Source: an uncultured virus (IMG/VR IMGVR_UViG_3300028377_000003)
Taxonomy: Duplodnaviria > Heunggongvirae > Uroviricota > Caudoviricetes
Virus record (IMG/VR): IMGVR_UViG_3300028377_000003
Span: 109,691-129,690 of that record
Length of the DNA stretch: 20,000 bases
Direction: 5' to 3' (one strand)
Numbering within the stretch: position 1 is the stretch's first letter; every line of letters starts with the position of its first letter. The translations under genes were made by a program, and so were the position numbers. Positions 9,371 through 16,512 of this stretch are shown here, piece by piece. Below the pieces are notes generated by a model. It searched no databases. It had not been told where the DNA came from and worked only from the letters and a program-made list of their open reading frames with translations.

Positions 9371-10924
9371 ATGAGTAGAGATCGACTCTCGTGGAAAGCC
9401 CGCCGCCGTCAAGCGGAACGTCGTAAGAACGCCGATCCGTACACAATGAACCAAGATCGTACTCATGTACCCACAGAGGACTACATGATTGGCGATCCGG
9501 CAGTATGGGCAGAGGAACCCGTTGATGATCTTGAGGATCTCGACGGAACAGAACGTAATGAACTTGGTATGCCTGACATGCTAGACACCACACACGACCA
9601 TAAGGACGTGGATGCGTGGAATAGCGGTGATGCATACGACAACGGCGACACGTTTGGTCCCGGCGATAAGCTGGACGGACGTGAGGCCAAGGTTCGTCTC
9701 GCCAAGATGCAGCGTCACTTCGATAAGAAAGCCTTTCAGTGCGTTCGTATCGCACAGGCTATTCTTCCGCAAGCTGGTGACGATGTGATCGCCGAGCAGG
9801 CCCTTGACCTTATGCCTCTTCCCGACGACGCAGTGGTTGCAACTTCCCTTCGGCTTTCTGAGCTACTGGAACGCATCGCTGAAGAAGACGCCGAGGAAGG
9901 CGACGACGAAGGTGGCGAGGATAAAGAAGCTTCCCTGAGTCCCGATGAAATGCTTCGCGTCATGATGGCCGAAGAAGAAGGGGACGATGAGGATGCTGAC
10001 GAAGATGAGGCTAAAGACGCCTCGGATGATGACGACGACGATGAAGACGACGAAGGCGAAGGAAAAGAAGCCAGCGTTCGTCAGATGGTCGCCGAAGAAC
10101 TCGCCAAACTTTTCGGACAGCCCAAAGTTGCCGAAGAAGATGAGGACGAGGAAGAAGACGAAGCGAAGGATGCTTCGGATGATGATGAAGAAGACGAAGC
10201 GAAGGACGCTTCGGATGATGAGGACGATGAGGACGAAGAAGAGTCCAAAGAGTCCAGCGTTCGCGAAGCGATCGCCCAAGAACTTGCTCGTATGTTCGGA
10301 CAGCAGCCCAAGGTTGCCGAAGACGACGAGGAAGATGAGGACGACGCCGAAGAAGACGAAGCGAAGGATGCTTCGGACGACGAGGACGCCGATGAGGATG
10401 ATGAGGACGCCGACAAGGAGTCCATGCTCGCCGATCTAATGGCGGAAGCAGGCATCGATCTTCAAGCCAACCCGGTTCTACAGCAAACACTCCGTGACAT
10501 GCAGCGTCGGTCCGAAGAGGACGAAGACGATGAGGACATGGATGCTGATGCTTGTGGCGACATGGGTATGGACATGGGCGATGATATCGCCGCCGACGAG
10601 ATGCTTGATGAAGATCTCGACGCCATGCTTAACGACATGGACCACGGAGCAGGTGCAAGCGAAGCTTCTGAGATCGGTATTGATCTTGAGCCTTCCCTTG
10701 ACAATCTGGATGCAGAAGCTCTCCTCGAAGAGGACGATGCTACGCTTCAGGCCCTTATGAACCGTCACTATTCGGTAGACGGACAGCAGGGCAAAAAGGC
10801 TTCAAAAGGTAGTAAAGGAGTATCACAACTCGGGCGGGTGAAAGAGGCTTCTTCCACGGGCGACGATGGTTTGTCGAAGCTGTGGGATAGTGCTCCCGAC
10901 GTATCCAAGGTCTTCGGAAACTAA
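9371..10924 (+). CDS. Putative capsid scaffolding protein (extremely acidic, repeat-containing; 517 aa)
   Basis: GGAGG SD at 9359-9363. Lies between the protease and capsid genes, has long D/E tracts and a short amphipathic C-terminus (LSKLWDSAPDVSKVFGN). The MCP lacks a long N-terminal delta domain, so a separate scaffold is expected. Confidence 0.7.
   Translation: MSRDRLSWKARRRQAERRKNADPYTMNQDRTHVPTEDYMIGDPAVWAEEPVDDLEDLDGTERNELGMPDMLDTTHDHKDVDAWNSGDAYDNGDTFGPGDKLDGREAKVRLAKMQRHFDKKAFQCVRIAQAILPQAGDDVIAEQALDLMPLPDDAVVATSLRLSELLERIAEEDAEEGDDEGGEDKEASLSPDEMLRVMMAEEEGDDEDADEDEAKDASDDDDDDEDDEGEGKEASVRQMVAEELAKLFGQPKVAEEDEDEEEDEAKDASDDDEEDEAKDASDDEDDEDEEESKESSVREAIAQELARMFGQQPKVAEDDEEDEDDAEEDEAKDASDDEDADEDDEDADKESMLADLMAEAGIDLQANPVLQQTLRDMQRRSEEDEDDEDMDADACGDMGMDMGDDIAADEMLDEDLDAMLNDMDHGAGASEASEIGIDLEPSLDNLDAEALLEEDDATLQALMNRHYSVDGQQGKKASKGSKGVSQLGRVKEASSTGDDGLSKLWDSAPDVSKVFGN
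9923..10414 (+). repeat. Three imperfect in-frame repeat units (141, 183, 168 nt) inside the scaffold, with a nested 36-nt tandem duplication
   Basis: Units start at KEAS (9923), KEAS (10064) and KESS (10247) and end before KESM (10415). The 36-mers at 10151-10186 and 10187-10222 are 34/36 identical, with a third similar copy at 10349-10384. Confidence 0.85.
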
Positions 10925-11000
10925 GAAGATCACGGACACGACGTCCGCTTTCACTGATATAAAGTTCGTAGCAATCAACTAACGTTAGGAGAGGTCTAAA

Positions 11001-11630
11001 ATGGCACTTCCCGGACAAGCGAGCGGTGATTTCACCGAAAGCAGCAGCGCCCTACGTATCCTGTATGTAGGAAACCGCAATTCGTTCGCACAGCTTACCA
11101 CTGACGGGTTCACACAGACGAACCCTCCCGTCGATTCTGGTACGGCTGGCGCGACTAAATCTGACACACTACCGACTGCACCCAAGCGCGGTGTACTTGG
11201 TGGTTCCGTATGTTTCACTCGACCCGATGCTGGTAACGGCATGGTCGGTGGACCCGTATCCGCAGCACCTGCTGGTGGTTCGGTAACCCCCCTCGGTCTG
11301 TTTATTAACGACGCGGCGGGCAACGCATACGAAAACACCCCGGCACCGGCATCCGGTCAGGCTCCGTACCTGTCCGGCCAAGGCACCTACGGTCTTCGTC
11401 TCTATGAGACGTATGATCTGGCTACCGCCAACGGCAATGTACCCCTTGATTGGCAGTCTGGAGACAAGGTTTACGCCTCTGTCAACGGTTACCTGACCAA
11501 TCTCACCGATGCTGCAAATGCCTTTGAGGCAAGCACGCCCGGTGGCGGTGGTACACCCCTTGCTATGGGTGTCGTGAAGATAGTACCGGATTCGGTACAT
11601 GCAGAAATCGTCATTGACCAGCGTATCTAA
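11001..11630 (+). CDS. Probable head decoration / minor capsid protein (209 aa)
   Basis: Strong SD AGGAGAGG. Gly/Ala/Thr/Pro-rich, beta-strand-like sequence ('PLGLFINDA', 'WQSGDKVYASVNGYLT', 'MGVVKIVP'), directly before the MCP. Confidence 0.65.
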   Translation: MALPGQASGDFTESSSALRILYVGNRNSFAQLTTDGFTQTNPPVDSGTAGATKSDTLPTAPKRGVLGGSVCFTRPDAGNGMVGGPVSAAPAGGSVTPLGLFINDAAGNAYENTPAPASGQAPYLSGQGTYGLRLYETYDLATANGNVPLDWQSGDKVYASVNGYLTNLTDAANAFEASTPGGGGTPLAMGVVKIVPDSVHAEIVIDQRI

Positions 11631-11647
11631 GCTAAGGAGCCAGACTT

Positions 11648-12535
11648 ATGTCTGACAACACCACGCAATTGGATAACGCGGCCAAGCAAGAGATCATTAG
11701 TCGGCACATCAAGACCGCCGCAGGGCGAGCTAGACTTGCTGCTTCGATGATCCAACCGCTTCGCAGCCGCCGAGATTATTCGGCAGTTGGACGCCGCACA
11801 TTCTTAGTCGAGCAACTTCCTGACGGAGCGTTGCCGATCTACGATAAAGACCCCGACGTGACCGCTTATGTGGTCGGTGAAGAAGGCGAGAACATTCTCG
11901 CTATCACCAAGCCTCGTCGTGTGATCTTCCCCTTGTTCGAGATTGCTTCGAACCCGGAGATTCCGATCACGCAGATCAAGGAACGTCGCTTCGACCTCAT
12001 CGAGCGTTCACAGCAGCTTGCAAAAGCTCAGATTCAGGCAGCGGAAGACGAGCGTGTCTTCGCCGTTCTGGATTCGATTGCTACGAACGGATTCGATTCG
12101 ATCCCCGGACAGGTCAACCCTGACCTTCAGGTTATTGCCCCGATCAGTTCCGCTGTTCTGGCCGATGCCTTCGCCGAGATCGAAAAGCACGACCTTCGTG
12201 TTGCTCGAATCTACATGCACGCCAAGGACTATGCGGACATCCGTAAGTTCGGTCGTGAGATCCTCGACATCGAGACGCAGGCTACCCTGCTCAAGACCGG
12301 TCTTCAGGCTACCCTTTGGGGAGCCCAGATCATCCTGAGCCGCCTCGTCCCCGCAGGTTTCGTATACGTATGTTGCGAGCCTGAGATGTTCGGACGTATC
12401 CCCGTCCGTACTGAGCTTACCGTGCTCTCCGCAGACAACCCTCGTGCCCGCACGATCGGTTTCTCTGTATTCGAGAACCTCGGTATCGGAGCATTCAACC
12501 CACGCGGCCTCGTCCGCTTGGTTGTCCAGCGATAA
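11648..12535 (+). CDS. Major capsid protein, short HK97-fold (encapsulin-like size; 295 aa)
   Basis: AAGGAG SD, strongly biased codon usage and a strong terminator after it. HK97-like segments include a spine helix 'RRFDLIERSQQLAKAQIQAAEDERVFAVL', 'RIYMHAKDYADIR', 'TLWGAQIILSRLVPAGFVYV' and the C-terminal 'IGFSVFENLGIGAFNPRGLVRL'. Confidence 0.88.
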   Translation: MSDNTTQLDNAAKQEIISRHIKTAAGRARLAASMIQPLRSRRDYSAVGRRTFLVEQLPDGALPIYDKDPDVTAYVVGEEGENILAITKPRRVIFPLFEIASNPEIPITQIKERRFDLIERSQQLAKAQIQAAEDERVFAVLDSIATNGFDSIPGQVNPDLQVIAPISSAVLADAFAEIEKHDLRVARIYMHAKDYADIRKFGREILDIETQATLLKTGLQATLWGAQIILSRLVPAGFVYVCCEPEMFGRIPVRTELTVLSADNPRARTIGFSVFENLGIGAFNPRGLVRLVVQR

Positions 12536-12577
12536 GCTGATGTTCCCTGTATGAGGCCCGTCTAGGGCCACTACCGA

Positions 12578-12610
12578 CCCCGGCTGGTTAATTCCAGCCG
12601 GGGATTTTTT
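12578..12610 (+). terminator. Rho-independent terminator after the major capsid gene
   Basis: CCCCGGCTGG-TTAATT-CCAGCCGGGG perfect 10-bp stem followed by ATTTTTT. Confidence 0.9.
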
Positions 12611-12658
12611 ATGTCTGGGTGTATTCTCAGATCCTAGATCTCCAAACCTTTACCCCTC

Positions 12659-12687
12659 TTGATGTATCCCTCCAGATCTCGTACAGT
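12659..12687 (+). promoter_or_regulatory. Putative sigma70-type promoter for the 12720 gene
   Basis: TTGATG (12659-12664), 17-nt spacer, TACAGT (12682-12687), located just downstream of the MCP terminator. Confidence 0.45.
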
Positions 12688-12719
12688 GTGGTCTACCTAA
12701 TTTAGCTATAGGAGTACGT

Positions 12720-13292
12720 ATGGAAATCAAAGACCGGGAAACAATCGTCGAGCTAGCTGTAGACCCCGCGATTAGAGGTGAAGCCCGTGACAAAACCATC
12801 AAACAGTTTAACAAGCTGTCCAGTGCCGATCTAATGGAGATCATCGAAGAAAATGGCCTCATGGAACAGTGCTTGGAATCGGGCGTCATAGGTATGACGA
12901 CGCATGAACGTTTGGAAGCCCTTACCGATCTCGAATGGTACGAGGAGTACGGTAAATACATGACCTATTTCGATGCGGGTATGGAGTGCGTGGAAATTCG
13001 TGAGGTAAAGGGCAACTGGAAAGCGACCTATTGGTGGAACATAGATCATATAGATGGTGGTGAGTCCGCGAAGCCCGAGGTGGCTTCTACACTGGAGGGC
13101 GCTCTTCGCGGTGTATTTCGTAAAGTGGGGGAACCCCTTTCCGATAAGGTATGCGAATTGGCTGGTATCGAACGCCCCGCTCTGAAAGCCGCCAAGCGTA
13201 AAGCCTATGTGGCGATTGCCGAACTAGTAGGTAAAGACCCGGATCAACCCGAAGATGTGATCTCCGCTGTGGAAGTCTTAGTAAGCCAATAA
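12720..13292 (+). CDS. Hypothetical protein (190 aa), likely non-structural
   Basis: AGGAG SD. No recognisable domain, and it lacks the shared N-terminal tag. Confidence 0.75.
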   Translation: MEIKDRETIVELAVDPAIRGEARDKTIKQFNKLSSADLMEIIEENGLMEQCLESGVIGMTTHERLEALTDLEWYEEYGKYMTYFDAGMECVEIREVKGNWKATYWWNIDHIDGGESAKPEVASTLEGALRGVFRKVGEPLSDKVCELAGIERPALKAAKRKAYVAIAELVGKDPDQPEDVISAVEVLVSQ

Positions 13293-13301
13293 TTTACTTG
13301 T
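13290..13301 (+). promoter_or_regulatory. Putative phage late-promoter motif TAATTTACTTGT
   Basis: TWAT-N4-TTRT copy 52 nt before the ATG at 13342. It overlaps the upstream stop codon. Confidence 0.45.
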
Positions 13302-13341
13302 CGCCTTCGTCCTATGGAAGACTATACCGTAGGAGATCCTA

Positions 13342-13872
13342 ATGTCCGAAGCATTTGAGTCGGCAAAATTGCGATGTTTGCTGGATACCCGTCGTAACAA
13401 ACGTGACGATTGTCCTCAGTACGAGGAGCATCCAGAATACGCGGAGCCGCGTTACGAGAACAAGGAGGCGTCCGTGTCCCTAAAAGACCAATTAATCAAG
13501 CTGGGGGCCTCTCACGAAGACCTACGACCCCACCTGAAGTCCATCATCCATGCACTGGAGCGTACAGGTTCTGGAATGGATGCACGGCGCATCGAAGGTA
13601 TCCTTAAAGAGGTGTGGACAGCCCTTGATCGTATCGGCTTTTTCGTTAACCGACATGAGGATCATTTACTGGTCCACACGATTAGTGGTTCTGGCCCCGA
13701 AACCTTTACGGTCCATCTTTTCCTCGATCGTAAAGGGGACCTCATGGCCGAATACAGAGATGATCGGGATCGGTATATGAAGGACGAGAGTTGGGGTGAT
13801 TACTATTTGGATACGCACCGGGATGCCCACGTGGTGCAAGGCATTGTCAAAACCGTAAAGAAATTAGGATAA
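13342..13872 (+). CDS. Hypothetical protein carrying the shared tag; possible second start at GTG 13474
   Basis: AGGAG SD before ATG 13342. An internal AAGGAGG (13462-13468) precedes GTG 13474, which would give (M)SLKDQLIKLGASHEDLRPHLKSII. Confidence 0.75.
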   Translation: MSEAFESAKLRCLLDTRRNKRDDCPQYEEHPEYAEPRYENKEASVSLKDQLIKLGASHEDLRPHLKSIIHALERTGSGMDARRIEGILKEVWTALDRIGFFVNRHEDHLLVHTISGSGPETFTVHLFLDRKGDLMAEYRDDRDRYMKDESWGDYYLDTHRDAHVVQGIVKTVKKLG

Positions 13873-13875
13873 CCT

Positions 13876-14565
13876 ATGGCTGATCTGTATACCAAGTTGA
13901 TTCGTTTGGGGGCATCTAACAAAGCCCTACGCCCGCATATCCGACAGTTGCTGGCCGCCAAAAGAGTAAACGGCCTTCCGTATTGGGAAGGTCCAAGTCG
14001 TTCTTGGCGTGGTGGTTGGGCAGAAGCGGAGATCACCCGAGGTACTTGGATGTCGGCATGGGTACCTCCCGCTGATCTGTGGGGTATGCACGGGGTTGAT
14101 TCCCTGAACAGCGGCAAGGTTCCCGTACAGTTCGATGCGGATAGCCCCTATCGCATCGTGCGTGAAGATTCTGTACGCCCTCTTGCAAAGCAACGAAACG
14201 CTTCGGTCAAGACAGCCATGCCCGGAGGACCGGCTTCGCTGATCGCGGAGTACCTACACGACGTACTGTATGTCGCAGCCAAAGAGGTCGTGAAAAAGGT
14301 TTCGCAGGATGCGAACGTACAGGACGATGGTGTAGACACCTCCAGACGCCGTGACGGCTACCACGAGGCGTCCGTAGTCTTTTACGAAGAAGACCCTAGT
14401 ACGGGCAACGGTTTCCGCGCAGGGTTCTTTACGCTGTACTACGACGGCGCACGGTTGATTTTACAAAGCGACACGAAAGTGGTGGGTAAGCTCAAAGATA
14501 ATCAAGGGACGCAAGCCCTCGCCAAGAAGGTTGCATCCATCATGATTAGCGAGATGGGCTACTAA
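13876..14565 (+). CDS. Hypothetical protein with shared N-terminal tag (229 aa)
   Basis: AGGA SD. Begins MADLYTKLIRLGASNKALRPHIRQLL and has a central linker KQRNASVKTA. Confidence 0.75.
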   Translation: MADLYTKLIRLGASNKALRPHIRQLLAAKRVNGLPYWEGPSRSWRGGWAEAEITRGTWMSAWVPPADLWGMHGVDSLNSGKVPVQFDADSPYRIVREDSVRPLAKQRNASVKTAMPGGPASLIAEYLHDVLYVAAKEVVKKVSQDANVQDDGVDTSRRRDGYHEASVVFYEEDPSTGNGFRAGFFTLYYDGARLILQSDTKVVGKLKDNQGTQALAKKVASIMISEMGY

Positions 14566-15176
14566 AGCAGGTCTCTAAGCTCTGGAGGCAAGTCGTCACG
14601 GGTAATTTGCTTTACCATCCTGTGACGTTCGCTGGAGTTGAGTATTTTTTCGGACAAGATCCGAGGGCTTTCATCTTTGGTGTACTTGCGGTAAGGGGCC
14701 GCCCAACCCAACGGAAAGTCTTGGTCGGGAGCATCCCCCACACAAACCATGAGGGGATGCTTTTCGCCGTTCTTTGGTAGTTCGAAAACCAGCCGGATGT
14801 TTCTACCGGTACCCGAGCGCATGTATTTGTTGATATCCCTGAACCACCGCACCATCATATCTTTCCCGGTGTAGAGGGATGTGCGTATGTCGTCGGGAAG
14901 TCGGCTACTTTTGTTGGCTACTTTCCCGGACCCGCCACATTGTTTGCAGGGGTCTTCGAGTACACGCAAACCTGCGTAGCGGCCTTTCCCGTCGCAACCG
15001 GGGCACTTTTTAGATGCCTTGGGTTCGTCCCATTCCGGTTTCAGTTCCAGCCGCACTTTATTACTCGGGTTGTAGCATCCTACACCGAAGTTCACGCGGT
15101 TGGGAAGTTTGCGTTTTTTGGCCATCTTACGCTTGTATTTTTTGGGCATGTTCAATAGCGGGTCAGGTGTGGACAT
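14562..15176 (-). CDS. Basic hypothetical protein with a DnaJ-type Zn-finger pair
   Basis: Two CxxCxGxG motifs (CPGCDGKG, CKQCGGSG) and no J-domain HPD motif. The start could be 15149. Its stop overlaps the stop of the convergent + strand gene. Confidence 0.7.
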   Translation of the reverse strand: MSTPDPLLNMPKKYKRKMAKKRKLPNRVNFGVGCYNPSNKVRLELKPEWDEPKASKKCPGCDGKGRYAGLRVLEDPCKQCGGSGKVANKSSRLPDDIRTSLYTGKDMMVRWFRDINKYMRSGTGRNIRLVFELPKNGEKHPLMVCVGDAPDQDFPLGWAAPYRKYTKDESPRILSEKILNSSERHRMVKQITRDDLPPELRDLL

Positions 15177-15427
15177 TTAGCACTACGGCACGCCATAGCT
15201 ACCAGTTCCACGTCCATATCGAAAGAATGTGACCCTTCGATAATTACGTGCAGCCCATAGTCGCTCGTGAAATGCGTAAATGCAACCAGTTCGTCGTCGA
15301 GTTGTTCATTTTCATAGGTGCGATAAAACGAAAAACCCGATGAACTCGTGTGCTTTATCTGCATGTTATCGCTACAAAGCGATTCGAGGGTACTACGAAC
15401 TTGCTGGACTTTCTCTTTGTTGGTCAT
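15152..15427 (-). CDS. Hypothetical protein (91 aa)
   Basis: GGAAAGG upstream on the minus strand. Middle gene of a three-gene minus-strand unit. Confidence 0.6.
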   Translation of the reverse strand: MTNKEKVQQVRSTLESLCSDNMQIKHTSSSGFSFYRTYENEQLDDELVAFTHFTSDYGLHVIIEGSHSFDMDVELVAMACRSAKCPHLTRY

Positions 15428-15495
15428 TGCCTTTCCGGTAGCTAGTAGTATTGGACCACGTATCCTCTATACCAAAGGGTACGTGGTCCGTCAAA

Positions 15496-15804
15496 TTAAC
15501 CTTGCTGTCGGCGTTCCCACTGAGCCGTCTCTTGAAACTTCTCTTCGGTTGAACGGGTATCACGCTTACCCACTTCCCAATGTGGGGACTTTTCCACGTG
15601 GTCCCGATCCAGATCGGCGGTTTCCACATCTTCCAAAAAATCTTCGGCGACCTCTTCACAATCGAAATCGTGTTCGTGAATGAACTCGACCGTATCATCC
15701 TCGAGATCGTAACCGACTACTTTGAAGATGCGTACCATACGATCTCGACCTTCCGGGTTAGGGATGCGATCAAAGGTCTTGCCAACGAAAAACTCGATAG
15801 CCAT
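15496..15804 (-). CDS. Hypothetical acidic protein (102 aa)
   Basis: AAGGAGA SD (complement of 15811-15817) and a near-consensus promoter upstream. Confidence 0.75.
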   Translation of the reverse strand: MAIEFFVGKTFDRIPNPEGRDRMVRIFKVVGYDLEDDTVEFIHEHDFDCEEVAEDFLEDVETADLDRDHVEKSPHWEVGKRDTRSTEEKFQETAQWERRQQG

Positions 15805-15845
15805 GTTGTGTCTCCTTGGTTCGTGTTGTTTCCCTCTTCCACTAG

Positions 15846-15874
15846 ACTATACCCTAGAGATCCCGCGCTGTCAA
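15846..15874 (-). promoter_or_regulatory. Near-consensus sigma70-type promoter driving the minus-strand unit
   Basis: On the minus strand: TTGACA (15874-15869), 17-nt spacer, TATAGT (15851-15846). Confidence 0.8.
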
Positions 15875-15882
15875 AAATCCGA

Positions 15883-15894
15883 TAATGTTTTTGT
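15883..15894 (+). promoter_or_regulatory. Putative phage late-promoter motif TAATGTTTTTGT
   Basis: TWAT-N4-TTRT copy 58 nt before the Dps-like ATG. It sits in a divergent intergenic region where a + strand promoter is expected. Confidence 0.55.
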
Positions 15895-15940
15895 CCTCTG
15901 GCTTGAGTGGTAACGTTGCACCATCCGTTGGAGTGCTGAA

Positions 15941-16501
15941 ATGTCGGAACACCCTTTGCGTGAGCGAATCATTCGGTTCGCTTACGAAAATCCCAAGCTA
16001 CAAGAGGATCTCCTGAAGGTCCTCAAGCTCGATTTCCGCTCTGAGACTCAGCCGGAACCTAGCCACGAATCCTTGGAAGCCTTATTGGATACCTTGGCGA
16101 TGCTCCGTGCCCTTCAGGTGGTGCATCAAAACGGACATTGGAACGCGCATGGTGATCCTTACTACGGTGATCATCTGTTGCTGCAGCGTCTGTACGAAGC
16201 CGTGGATGATGAGATGGATACTCTGGCTGAAAAGATTACGTCTATGTATGGGGCCGGGTCGATTGACCCTGCAAGCCAACTAGCCCACATGTCTTTTTAT
16301 ATCAACGATTGGGAAAAGCGAAGTGACCATTACCTTACCCGATCATTGGCCGCCGAAGAGGACTTCCAGATCATGCTCAAGGACCTGTACACTTTCTTAG
16401 ATGAAATGGGTACGCTTTCCCTTGGGATGGACGATTTTATTATGGCCCTAGCCAGCGACCATGAAACCGCTGTTTACCTTCTGAGACAAAGAACCCAATA
16501 A
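15941..16501 (+). CDS. dps: Dps/ferritin-like four-helix-bundle protein with N-terminal shared tag
   Basis: 'HWNAHGDPYYGDHLLLQRLYE' and 'MDTLAEKITSMYG' correspond to the two Dps signature regions (ferroxidase His, His, Asp, Glu). The extra N-terminal segment is LRERIIRFAYENPKLQEDLLKVL. Confidence 0.8.
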   Translation: MSEHPLRERIIRFAYENPKLQEDLLKVLKLDFRSETQPEPSHESLEALLDTLAMLRALQVVHQNGHWNAHGDPYYGDHLLLQRLYEAVDDEMDTLAEKITSMYGAGSIDPASQLAHMSFYINDWEKRSDHYLTRSLAAEEDFQIMLKDLYTFLDEMGTLSLGMDDFIMALASDHETAVYLLRQRTQ

Positions 16502-16512
16502 AGGAGATCACG

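Noticed and set aside
10151..10384. CRISPR-like array of ~36-nt repeats
   Set aside because: The repeats are in-frame coding units of the scaffold, two are directly adjacent without a spacer, and there are no cas genes.
9863..10768. Multiple overlapping ORFs in other frames and strands (Ser-, Arg- or Phe-rich)
   Set aside because: Shadow ORFs caused by the low-complexity GAN-codon tracts of the scaffold.
14562..15176. DnaJ chaperone
   Set aside because: Only two CxxCxGxG motifs are present; there is no J-domain or HPD motif.
11648..16501. Cellular encapsulin nanocompartment operon (short HK97 shell plus ferritin-like cargo)
   Set aside because: Terminase, portal, protease and scaffold in canonical order indicate a DNA-packaging virion head.
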